Position numbers and translations under genes: made by a program
In this document: positions 1 to 8,644 of the stretch, piece by piece
Position numbering within the stretch: the first letter of the stretch is position 1
Layout of the letters: every line of letters begins with the position of its first letter
The notes under the pieces: generated by a model
What the model was told of the DNA's origin: nothing
Databases searched by the model: none
What the model saw: only the letters and a program-made list of their open reading frames with translations
DNA from: Planctomycetota bacterium
GTDB taxonomy: Bacteria > Planctomycetota > Planctomycetia > Planctomycetales > Planctomycetaceae
DNA: 64,000 nucleotides
Reading direction: 5' to 3'
Assembly: GCA_037146815.1 (NCBI GenBank)
Contig: JBAWWJ010000014.1
Location: 1,114 to 65,113, forward strand

Positions 1-646
1 CACGTGCCGCATAAAGGCGTCCTCGTTCACAGAGCGCAGAAGAATGCTTTGGGACAAGTTCAATGACCTTGTCGAAATCCGCCTCAGCCTTTTGCAGGTT
101 TCCGAGTCGCCGCCAGGCGATCCCTCGCATTAGCAGAAGCGACGGCTTGAGTTCTGACTCCAGTGCCTTATCGAGTTCGGCAATCGCCTTTACAGCGTCT
201 CCTTTCGCGTACAACGCCCATGCTCGTTCCTGGTGAAACAACTTTTCCAAGCGAGCATCTTTTCGAACAAATTCGTCGATCCTCCGCAGGCCTTCATCAA
301 AGTCCTGATCAGCCAGTTCAGACTCTCCCATTTCGCGCCAAAGTTCGCCACGCAGTATGTACGAACGCGGAGCCTGACCCGTTCGGATTGCTTCGGCGTA
401 ATCCTTGAGTGCGCGCACAAACTCCATTTTCTGATCAAGATAGACGGCTCGTTTGAAGTATCCCGATGACGGGTCGCGCTCAATTTCTGCAGTTGCCTTT
501 GCAATGTCCGTGTCCAGATCAGATACAACTTCTTCCTCATGGGGGGGATCCTGAGAAGTGTCGTTGTCTGCGTAAGCCTGCCAGATGCATTGAAATAGGG
601 CGCATGTCAGCAATGCACAGCGAATAGCATCCTTGCCATTAATCAT
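1..646 (-). CDS. TPR protein with signal peptide, third paralogue of the tandem array (5' part; runs off the left edge; absent from the ORF track)
   Basis: Manual translation from ATG 646 is stop-free to the window edge: MINGKDAIRCALLTCALFQCIWQAYADND...DIAKATAEIERDP...YILRGELWREMGESELA...ERAWALYAKG...ALCERGRLY. It is colinear with the two ORF-track paralogues and has the same GAAAGGATCTGAAATG start context as 2129. Confidence 0.9.
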   Translation of the reverse strand, partial: MINGKDAIRCALLTCALFQCIWQAYADNDTSQDPPHEEEVVSDLDTDIAKATAEIERDPSSGYFKRAVYLDQKMEFVRALKDYAEAIRTGQAPRSYILRGELWREMGESELADQDFDEGLRRIDEFVRKDARLEKLFHQERAWALYAKGDAVKAIAELDKALESELKPSLLLMRGIAWRRLGNLQKAEADFDKVIELVPKHSSALCERGRLYAAR

Positions 647-692
647 TTCAGATCCTTTCTGAACTCGCTGTTACCAAGACATCGCGGTTCGA
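647..692 (-). promoter_or_regulatory. Conserved ~46-bp leader with RBS upstream of a TPR paralogue (second copy 2130-2175)
   Basis: ttcagatcctttctgaactcgctgttaccaagacatcgcggttcga versus ttcagatcctttctgaattcgctgttaccaaggcaatgcggttcga. On the coding strand both end in AGAAAGGATCTGAA-ATG. Confidence 0.7.
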
Positions 693-722
693 TCGCAAAA
701 TAGGCCTGAATTCATTGAGTGC

Positions 723-2129
723 TCAATTGTCCTTGACGGACTCCCGGAATGGCATCGACTGTTTGAAGAGCTTCAGGAGATTTTCCCGCGTCGCAGCGTC
801 GCGTTTCGGGTCGATTTCATTGGCCTGCGTCAATCGTTTGACGGCTTCCTCATATTCGCTGTTTTCGGCGTGAGCGGCGGCCAGCGTGACGATGAAGTCA
901 TCTTTCTTCCACTTCGTCGCTTCGCAGGCTTTTCGCGCCAGTTCGATGGCCGATTTGCCGTCTCGAAACTTGGCATCCGGACACGTCGCTTGAATCCACG
1001 CCAGATCATTCTGGGCTTGTGTTGAGGCGGGATCCATCCGAAGAGTTTCCTTCAAATCAGCAATCGCCTTTTCCCACTCCCCCTTCAATCGCCAGACACC
1101 CGCACGATCCAGTTGCGGAAGGAAATCGTAATAGTAGACGCGGTCGCGCGGGCCGCGAGCGGGGTACAGTTCCCGGCCACTCAAAGTCGGTTTCACATAA
1201 TTCGGTGTAAAACGAACTGCCTGGTTCAAATCATCGAGTGCCAGATCAATCTGTCCCAATGCCATACGAGCACAGCCGCGATGACGGTAGGCCGGTGCAT
1301 ACAGCGGGAAAATTTTGATCGCTTGTGAGCAATCTGCAATTGCCTTCTCGTATTCATGCAGATTTAAATTGGCATATGCACGGCTTGCGTAGAGAATCGG
1401 ATGTTCAGGTTTGAGTCGAATCGATTCATCAAAATCTGTGATCGCATTTGCGAAATCACCATTCATATTGCGAAGGCGCCCTCTTTCACAGAAAGCGGCG
1501 GAGTTTCGCGGGGAAATCTTAATGGCGCGGGCAAAATCGTCTTCTGCTTTATCCAGATCACCAAGTTGTCTCCATGCTACCCCACGCATCTCGAATAGTG
1601 CCGAGCGAAAGGGCGTATTCTCTGTTTCTCTTTCGAGGGCCTTGTCTAAGTCCGAAATAGCTTTCGCCACATGCCCCTTTGTATACCATGCCCATGCACG
1701 GTCACGCAGATTGATTTTTTCTTGTTGTGGATCTTTCTGAAGAGCTATGTCGATCAGTCTCACTGCCTCGTCGAAGTCCGATTCTGCAAGTTGGGGTTCC
1801 CCGATTTCCCGCCAAAGCTCGCCGCGAAGTAGATAGAACCTCGGATTAGACGGTGCAAGCCGCAACACCTGTCCGTAATCCTTAATCGACGTTACGAGTT
1901 CCATTTTCTGGTTAAGTCGAGTGGCTCTCCGAAAGTATTCTGCAACTGCATCAGGATCTCGGTCGATGATCGCCGTCGCTTTAGCAATGTCTTTTTCAAT
2001 GGTGGAAAGGATTGACTCCCCTTCACGGGGGTCTTCCGCTTTCGTGTCGTGTGCGTGAGCCTGCCGTGCACACGGAATAAGGGTGCACACCAGCAAAGCA
2101 CAGCAAATAGCATCCTTGCCATTGATCAT
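723..2129 (-). CDS. Exported TPR-repeat protein (array paralogue 2)
   Basis: 468 aa ORF with a hydrophobic N-terminus, several TPR-like repeats and the C-terminal module NDLAWIQATCPDAKFRDGKSAIELARKACE common in planctomycete TPR proteins. Confidence 0.9.
   Translation of the reverse strand: MINGKDAICCALLVCTLIPCARQAHAHDTKAEDPREGESILSTIEKDIAKATAIIDRDPDAVAEYFRRATRLNQKMELVTSIKDYGQVLRLAPSNPRFYLLRGELWREIGEPQLAESDFDEAVRLIDIALQKDPQQEKINLRDRAWAWYTKGHVAKAISDLDKALERETENTPFRSALFEMRGVAWRQLGDLDKAEDDFARAIKISPRNSAAFCERGRLRNMNGDFANAITDFDESIRLKPEHPILYASRAYANLNLHEYEKAIADCSQAIKIFPLYAPAYRHRGCARMALGQIDLALDDLNQAVRFTPNYVKPTLSGRELYPARGPRDRVYYYDFLPQLDRAGVWRLKGEWEKAIADLKETLRMDPASTQAQNDLAWIQATCPDAKFRDGKSAIELARKACEATKWKKDDFIVTLAAAHAENSEYEEAVKRLTQANEIDPKRDAATRENLLKLFKQSMPFRESVKDN
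863..1406. repeat. 544-bp direct repeat, copy 1 (copy 2 at 2359-2902)
   Basis: Offset 1496. The ends were checked base by base, and identical shadow ORFs (1019..1210 = 2515..2706; 1113..1328 = 2609..2824) support identity inside. The flanks diverge. Confidence 0.9.
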
Positions 2130-2218
2130 TTCAGATCCTTTCTGAATTCGCTGTTACCAAGGCAATGCGGTTCGACCCCTGCATTCGCGTTAAGTCACTT
2201 GGTAAATACTCGGCAGCA

Positions 2219-3622
2219 TCACTTTTCCTTGACCGAGTCCCGGTACGGCATGGACTGTTTGAAGAGCTTCAACAGTTGTTCCCGCGTCGCAGCGTCGCGC
2301 TTTGGGTCAATTTCATTGGCCTGCGTCACTCGCCTGACGGCTTCATCATATTCGCCGATTTCGGCGTGAGCGGCGGCCAGCGTGACGATGAAGTCATCTT
2401 TCTTCCACTTCGTCGCTTCGCAGGCTTTTCGCGCCAGTTCGATGGCCGATTTGCCGTCTCGAAACTTGGCATCCGGACACGTCGCTTGAATCCACGCCAG
2501 ATCATTCTGGGCTTGTGTTGAGGCGGGATCCATCCGAAGAGTTTCCTTCAAATCAGCAATCGCCTTTTCCCACTCCCCCTTCAATCGCCAGACACCCGCA
2601 CGATCCAGTTGCGGAAGGAAATCGTAATAGTAGACGCGGTCGCGCGGGCCGCGAGCGGGGTACAGTTCCCGGCCACTCAAAGTCGGTTTCACATAATTCG
2701 GTGTAAAACGAACTGCCTGGTTCAAATCATCGAGTGCCAGATCAATCTGTCCCAATGCCATACGAGCACAGCCGCGATGACGGTAGGCCGGTGCATACAG
2801 CGGGAAAATTTTGATCGCTTGTGAGCAATCTGCAATTGCCTTCTCGTATTCATGCAGATTTAAATTGGCATATGCACGGCTTGCGTAGAGAATCGGATGT
2901 TCCGGTTTGAGTCGAATCGATTCATCGAAATCGGTGATCGCATTTGCGAAATCACCACGCATATTACGAAGGCGACCTCGTTCAAAGAAAGCACCCGCGT
3001 TCTCAGGGTCAATCTCGAGGGCGTGGGCAAAATCGGCTTCTGCTTTATCCAGGTCGCCGAGTCGTCGCCGTGCTATCCCGCGCATCTCTAGCAGTACCGA
3101 GCAAAAGGGCAGATTCTCTGCCTCTCTTGCCACGGCCTTGTCTAAATCCGAAATTGCTTTCTCGATCTGCCCTTTCGTGTACCATGCCCGCGCGCGATTC
3201 CGTAAGTTAAATGTTTCTAATCTTGGGTCTTTCTGGAGAGCCGCTTCGATCAGTCGCAATGCCTCATTGAAATCCGATTCTGCAAGTTCCGGCTCCCCGA
3301 TTTCCTGCCAAAGGTCGCCACGAAACAGATAGAAATCTGGATCAGACGAAAGCCGCAACACCTGCCCGTAGTCCTTAATTGACTTTAAGAGTTCCATTTT
3401 CTCGTCAAGTCGAATGGCTCTGCGAAAGTATTCTGCAACCGCATCTGGATCTCGGTCGATGATCGCCGTCGACTTAGCAATGTCTTTTTCAATATTGGAA
3501 AGGATTGACTCCCTGTCACCCGTCGACGCTAACGACGAATCGTCTGCGAAAAGTCGGCAGGTGTGATGCAACACTATTCCAAGAATAACGACAAAGACTA
3601 AATCTCTCTTATCATGTGACAT
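2219..3622 (-). CDS. Exported TPR-repeat protein (array paralogue 1)
   Basis: The ORF track gives 2219..3703. The likely start is ATG 3622 (MSHDKRDLVFVVILGIV...), preceded by GAAAGGATTCACGAA. Colinear with 723..2129. Confidence 0.9.
   Translation of the reverse strand: MSHDKRDLVFVVILGIVLHHTCRLFADDSSLASTGDRESILSNIEKDIAKSTAIIDRDPDAVAEYFRRAIRLDEKMELLKSIKDYGQVLRLSSDPDFYLFRGDLWQEIGEPELAESDFNEALRLIEAALQKDPRLETFNLRNRARAWYTKGQIEKAISDLDKAVAREAENLPFCSVLLEMRGIARRRLGDLDKAEADFAHALEIDPENAGAFFERGRLRNMRGDFANAITDFDESIRLKPEHPILYASRAYANLNLHEYEKAIADCSQAIKIFPLYAPAYRHRGCARMALGQIDLALDDLNQAVRFTPNYVKPTLSGRELYPARGPRDRVYYYDFLPQLDRAGVWRLKGEWEKAIADLKETLRMDPASTQAQNDLAWIQATCPDAKFRDGKSAIELARKACEATKWKKDDFIVTLAAAHAEIGEYDEAVRRVTQANEIDPKRDAATREQLLKLFKQSMPYRDSVKEK
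2359..2902. repeat. 544-bp direct repeat, copy 2
   Basis: Matches 863-1406. Confidence 0.9.
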
Positions 3623-3678
3623 TTCGTGAATCCTTTCGATTGAGAATTCCTGATGCGTGACAAATTCGCTCGATAATT

Positions 3679-6291
3679 TTATGCGAAAGGCGAGGAAACC
3701 CACGGCGAAGACAAATCTGGCGGAAACACCAGATCCGGTGTAAGCGTTTCGTGAAATACGGGTGGAAAGTCTTGAGGTTTCACTTCAAGAGGACTGACGC
3801 CATCATAATATTTGTGCAATAGCGATTTTTCCGATTTATCTTCATTCAGAATTTGTGATTTCCATGGTTCTGATTTCTCCTGCTTGAACGGTTCGAAGTT
3901 CAGCAGGACTCCACGCCCAAACCCTTCCTCCCTCGGCTCGCCCGGTTTTCCTTTACCAATTTCTCTTCCAAATTCAAGTTCCAGATTGAACTTCCAGAAT
4001 TCCAACCGTGCTTTAATACCGTCGAGGCCAGCAGGGTCCGTTGGATCGAATTCGCCAATTTTGTGCTTTTCTTCCGGGGCCGCCTGAGCATTAGGGTTTA
4101 GGGTGCCGCCAGTGCCGCCAGACGTCCCCGTCAATACGGTCACCAGACTGGATGTGGCCGTCTGCAACGCCGCGATATCGCCCGAGATTTCCGTCGCCAC
4201 GTCATCAGCCTTTGTATCTGCTGCTGTCTGCGCCGCTACGATGATTGTGTCATATGCAACGACCGCAGTATCCCCTTGAGCATCCGCGGCGGCCTGTGAT
4301 GCAGTGATGATCGCCGTCGCGGCAGTCAATGCATCTGAGACCACCGCATCTGCTTCGGCCTGTGCCTGTGGTGCAACCATATTAACAAACGCTAATGCGT
4401 TGGCAGCCTTGGTGTCAAGCAGGGCCTGCGCTTCGGGGACGACTGTATTTACGAAAGCTTGAGCATCGTCGGCCACAGTATCCGTCGCGGTGACCCATGC
4501 GGACGCAACGTCTGCCACCCATTGTGCCCGGCCATCACTGATCGCGTTCATGTAATCGCCGAACGCGTGTGCTTCCGTTGCGGTCCGAGCTGCATTTGCT
4601 TGCTCAAGGGCTGCCTGCAACCCGGCGTACGGGTTACTTTGAGTACTCGCCCAACGTGACATGGCTGCCGCCAGAGCGTTCTCGTCGGCGATCGATTGCG
4701 TCGTTGAGGCGTTCGTTTCGGATTTTTCGCGAGTCGCTTCGGCAGCCGAGACCGCAACGTCATACGACGCGGCGACCGGTGCCCAACTGTGTTCCCAGGC
4801 ATCGGCCGCAGCAGCGTCCGATGTCGCTCGAGCAGCCGCAGCGGCAATCATCGCAATTTCTGCGGTGTCCGCTGAAGTCGCATCATCCTTGATCTGTTGC
4901 GCTGCCGCTGCGTCCAGAGAGACCGCATAAGCTGCTTGTGCCGCGACGTCGGCCAGTTCCCACTGTGCTGCCGCTGCATCCAATGCATGTCCTTCGGCGT
5001 TTGTCGCAGCCGCGTCCGCCTGTAATTGTGTCGCCGCCGCAGCATCCAGTGCATGTGCGGCGATGTCTTCCGCCGCTGCATCGGCACTCGCCCAGGCCGC
5101 TGTCGCGCTGGCCTCGGCTGTCAACCAGGTTGCCAGTGCATTAGCGACGCTGTCGCTGTACGCCGTCGCCGCCAAAGCCACGTCATCCGATGTTGATGCG
5201 GAATTGTTCGCGACCGCAGAATATGCTGCTTGGGCGTTTGCCACTGCTGAGTCGTAAGCTGCGTTGGCGCTGGCATCCGCTGCTGCGTACGCAGACTGAT
5301 CCGCTGCCATTGTTGCGTCCAGGGCATCATTGGCCGTTTTGACTGCTGCATCGTACTGCGTCTGGTGAGCAGCAATCGCCGCATCGTAGGCTGTTGTCGC
5401 GGCGAGCACCGCAGCATCATTCGTTGATTTATCGCGAGCAATGGCAGCATCGAGAGCCGCTTGAGCGGATGCAGCGGCGGCGTCAAATGCGGTCTGATGG
5501 GCAGTCAAGTCCGCCTGATAAGCATCTTGTGCAGCCTGCGAAGCGGCCTGGTACGTCGCCAGGTCTGCTGCTGTTGCACCATTGTACGTGGAATCAATCG
5601 AAGCCATTGCGGTTTGATAAATTGTCAGCGCTGCCGCCTTGTCTGACTGAAACTGAGTTTCTGCCGCGCTGTATGCAGATGCAAAGGCTTGCTGGGCCGA
5701 TGCCACATCGGAAACGTATGTCGAGTCGGTGGAAGAATCAAACGGCGTATAGGTGTAGGTCCCCGACCCGGACGAACTGTACATGAAGGCCATTTCGGCA
5801 GCGGAATAGGCCTGGTAGGCAGCCTGAGTCGCGTTGTTGTACTGAGTTTCGGCTCCGGTCATCGCGACGTACATTGTGCTACCGGCTGCCATATTCGCTG
5901 CGTTTTCGGCGCTGGTTGCGGTCTGCTGGGCAGCGACATAAGCGACATTCGCAGACTGATCACTGGATCGCTCGAAATTCGCCGCGATCTGCTCTTGTGA
6001 ATTGAAAAGGCTTTCCGCAGATTGATCAGCGGTGGATTCTGCATTGGCTGCATTTTGTTCATAAGTGTAGAACGCAATCTGTAATGCCTGGTCGTTGGTA
6101 CGATCTGCATTCAACGCGTTGTTGGCCAGGGTCAAGTACGTGTTCGCGATTGTCTGATCGGTCGAATTCTCGGTGTTCCTCGCAATTTGTACAGCCGAAT
6201 TATAGTTGTTCGTTGCCGTCTGATCCGAGGTGTTGGAAGCCGCCTGATCGACGCTGAATGCCTGGTTGACGGCCGTCGTAGAAGTCTCCAA
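3679..6291 (-). CDS. Ala-rich helical 22-residue-repeat protein with a distinct C-terminal domain; probably the 3' part of a gene frameshifted from 6300..6881
   Basis: 870 aa ORF with a TTG start and no evident RBS; its frame stays open ~60 nt upstream (..QYALTAALETS..). xDQ recurs every 22 aa, and the last ~140 aa switch to charged/aromatic composition and lower GC. Confidence 0.8.
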   Translation of the reverse strand: METSTTAVNQAFSVDQAASNTSDQTATNNYNSAVQIARNTENSTDQTIANTYLTLANNALNADRTNDQALQIAFYTYEQNAANAESTADQSAESLFNSQEQIAANFERSSDQSANVAYVAAQQTATSAENAANMAAGSTMYVAMTGAETQYNNATQAAYQAYSAAEMAFMYSSSGSGTYTYTPFDSSTDSTYVSDVASAQQAFASAYSAAETQFQSDKAAALTIYQTAMASIDSTYNGATAADLATYQAASQAAQDAYQADLTAHQTAFDAAAASAQAALDAAIARDKSTNDAAVLAATTAYDAAIAAHQTQYDAAVKTANDALDATMAADQSAYAAADASANAAYDSAVANAQAAYSAVANNSASTSDDVALAATAYSDSVANALATWLTAEASATAAWASADAAAEDIAAHALDAAAATQLQADAAATNAEGHALDAAAAQWELADVAAQAAYAVSLDAAAAQQIKDDATSADTAEIAMIAAAAARATSDAAAADAWEHSWAPVAASYDVAVSAAEATREKSETNASTTQSIADENALAAAMSRWASTQSNPYAGLQAALEQANAARTATEAHAFGDYMNAISDGRAQWVADVASAWVTATDTVADDAQAFVNTVVPEAQALLDTKAANALAFVNMVAPQAQAEADAVVSDALTAATAIITASQAAADAQGDTAVVAYDTIIVAAQTAADTKADDVATEISGDIAALQTATSSLVTVLTGTSGGTGGTLNPNAQAAPEEKHKIGEFDPTDPAGLDGIKARLEFWKFNLELEFGREIGKGKPGEPREEGFGRGVLLNFEPFKQEKSEPWKSQILNEDKSEKSLLHKYYDGVSPLEVKPQDFPPVFHETLTPDLVFPPDLSSPWVSSPFA

Positions 6292-6299
6292 CGCAGCCG

Positions 6300-6881
6300 T
6301 TAATGCATACTGACGGAGCCTCCACTGCCAGAGGATCCACTTCCCGAGCCGCTTCCGTTACCAGAAGACGACCCACCGCCTGAGGATGACCCGCCTCCGT
6401 AGTTCGATCCGCTATTAGGAGTTACAACAAGGGTCACAGTACCAATGGACTCGTCCCCCGCAGCGTCCGTAACCGTGTAAGTGAATGCCTCAGTACCGTT
6501 AAAATCGAACGCTGGCGTGAAAACCAGGCTGTCAGGTGGGCCGGCAGGCATTCCATACATCGATGGCATTCCGTGCTGAATGCTCACCGTCCCATGAGCG
6601 ACTGCAGACACCGATGCGATTGTCAACGGTCCATTGTCCGTGGTGTCGTTGCTCAGAACATCGAGCGTGACAGGAGCTCCGATCGACATGAGGTTTGGTT
6701 GCTGCACTTGATACGAATCGTCAAATGCGATTACGGCACTCAACAAGCGACGGGGCTCAAGCGACTCGATTGCGGGGGCAGCGTTTGAAAACTGCGAGCG
6801 GCGCGATCGCCTGACTGGCTTCGGTGCCCACAGGTAACTGATGCGTCTTCTGACAGATTCCAGCCAGTTCAATGCAGGCAT
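6300..6881 (-). CDS. LEPR-XLL N-terminal motif + bacterial Ig/cadherin-like repeat + Gly/Ser linker (probable 5' part of the split gene)
   Basis: MPALNWLESVRRR...IESLEPRRLLS; Ig-like AFDDSY..LDVLSND..FTPAFDFNGTEAFTYTVTD; ends in a GS linker. Confidence 0.85.
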   Translation of the reverse strand: MPALNWLESVRRRISYLWAPKPVRRSRRSQFSNAAPAIESLEPRRLLSAVIAFDDSYQVQQPNLMSIGAPVTLDVLSNDTTDNGPLTIASVSAVAHGTVSIQHGMPSMYGMPAGPPDSLVFTPAFDFNGTEAFTYTVTDAAGDESIGTVTLVVTPNSGSNYGGGSSSGGGSSSGNGSGSGSGSSGSGGSVSMH

Positions 6882-7079
6882 TGTGAAAATTCCTCAGCAG
6901 CGACAAGATGGCAGAGCAGGGTGCGGTGCGTAATAAGACACCATGCCTCCAGGACGCTACCGATGCTGGTGATGCAAAGCAAGCGTAAAAATCGCGAAGC
7001 GTCATTTTAGTGGCCGTAGTTGTGGCAGGATGCTGCCATCCGACGCTTAGACATGCGCCTTATTGAGTCGACTCGATTT

Positions 7080-8426
7080 TCACTTGGGTGGAACTAACGA
7101 GTATTCGAACACGTTCCCGCGGAGTGGCAGCAGCAGCCAGCAGACGGCTGCCAGAAAATGCAGTGCCGCGATTAATGCCATGACGGCATTCCAGGAGTCA
7201 TTAGCACAGACCGCCAGCAGAGTTGGACTCGATTGAATCTGCGACCTCAGTGCCGGAATTAACCACGGAAGCATACCGGCTCCAAAGTTGCCGATCATGT
7301 TCATTGTCGCAAACACCGATCCGACATGCCGCCCCCCCATATCCATAGTGACGGCATAGGCTCCTGGCCCTGCCAGTGCAGCACAATAGACTCCGATACT
7401 GATGACAACTACGGCACTGGTCGCATCCTGTACAAAATATGCGGCTCCGATCAGAGTCGTGGAGAGCATCAGACTGGCAACCGCCAGGCCTTTTCGAGAC
7501 CAGCCTGATCCGCCTGTCTTACGAGAAATAAAATCAGCAAGTGCCCCGCCAGTCAGGCAGGCGGCTGCAATTGACATGTGCGGCAGGACTGACAGAAACC
7601 CCGACTTCACGACGGTGATGTGCCGAGACTCCTGCAGGAACGTCGGAAACCAACTGATAAAAAAGGCCTGAGCCGCGGCACGACAAAACTGCTGGCCACA
7701 GATCAGTCCCATCGGCCAACTGGTCAGCAGTGACAGCCAAGGTGTGGCGTCGGCGATCTGTGGTGACATCGCATGATCGTTCCCTTCGCTGATTTGCTGC
7801 AGTTCTGCAGAATTGAGTCCCGGCTGATATTCCGGCCTATTTCGAAACCAGGATCCGAAGAAGCATGCCCAGATCAATCCCGGGATCGCATACATCAGAA
7901 ATACGGTCTGCCAGCGAAATGTTAGAACCAGGATCCCCGTCACTCCGGCACTGACAGCAGCCCCCAGCGACATCGATGCAGTCAATACGCCACTGGCTGA
8001 GGCTCGTTCTGACTTGGGAAACCAGACAGAAATTGTCCGAGCCGCAACCGGGAAAGCTCCCGCTTGCGCCAGTCCCGTTACCATCCAGATTCCCAGTAAC
8101 AACGGGAACCAGTTCGTGTAGCCGAAGACTGCGATCGCAAAGGACCAGGCACAGGCGAAAATCGGCAGGCTGAGTCGTGCCCCCAGTCGTTCGCCGAATC
8201 GGGAAGACGGAATCTGTGCCAGAGCATATGTCCAGAAGAACGCTGGCCCGAGGATGAAGCCCAATTGCGCCTCAGTCAGCTGCAGGTCTTCTCGAATCGT
8301 TTTTTGAACAACTGAGATACTGTTCCGGCAGAGATAAGCCAGTGCCGCCATGACAGCAAGCGAGCAGAGAACGTCCCAACGGACATGCGACGCCGATTCA
8401 GTTCGCTCCGGCATGGCCTCTGTCAT
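7080..8426 (-). CDS. MFS transporter, anion:cation symporter-like (sugar acid/organic anion)
   Basis: About 12 hydrophobic segments and motifs AYLCRNSIS, YALAQIPSSRFGERLGAR, WFPKSERASASG. Start refined to ATG 8426. Confidence 0.85.
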   Translation of the reverse strand: MTEAMPERTESASHVRWDVLCSLAVMAALAYLCRNSISVVQKTIREDLQLTEAQLGFILGPAFFWTYALAQIPSSRFGERLGARLSLPIFACAWSFAIAVFGYTNWFPLLLGIWMVTGLAQAGAFPVAARTISVWFPKSERASASGVLTASMSLGAAVSAGVTGILVLTFRWQTVFLMYAIPGLIWACFFGSWFRNRPEYQPGLNSAELQQISEGNDHAMSPQIADATPWLSLLTSWPMGLICGQQFCRAAAQAFFISWFPTFLQESRHITVVKSGFLSVLPHMSIAAACLTGGALADFISRKTGGSGWSRKGLAVASLMLSTTLIGAAYFVQDATSAVVVISIGVYCAALAGPGAYAVTMDMGGRHVGSVFATMNMIGNFGAGMLPWLIPALRSQIQSSPTLLAVCANDSWNAVMALIAALHFLAAVCWLLLPLRGNVFEYSLVPPK

Positions 8427-8452
8427 TCCGTTCTCCAAAATGATCGGTCACG

Positions 8453-8576
8453 GATAGTCGTGGTTCGCTCCGCGAACCAACGCCGCGTTTATTATTATGG
8501 CAACCCGAAGATGCGCCTCGTCGTCAAACGTCGATAACCCTGGAAGCGTTGGTTCGCGGAGCGAACCACGACTATC
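8453..8576. repeat. REPIN family 1: two inverted 31-bp REPs GATAGTCGTGGTTCGCTCCGCGAACCAACGC (8453-8483 / 8546-8576)
   Basis: Perfect inverted pair. Each arm has the internal hairpin TGGTTCGC-TCC-GCGAACCA. Identical arms occur at 32012-32130. Confidence 0.9.
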
Positions 8577-8644
8577 TCTCGCCTCACGAATTCCGCGACA
8601 AATATCGTAACCCGTGTTGAGTGCCACCGAGACCAGACTCCCCA

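Noticed and set aside
163-540. ORF-track ORFs 163..408, 190..540 and 233..469
   Set aside because: They are alternative-frame shadows of the TPR paralogue starting at 646.
541-547. G7 tract in the third TPR gene and A8 tract at 25168-25175 as phase-variation sites
   Set aside because: Both genes are in frame, and tracts this short are expected by chance.
863-2902. Long direct repeat as an IS or CRISPR feature
   Set aside because: It is in-frame coding sequence inside paralogous genes, with no transposase, terminal repeats or repeat-spacer array.
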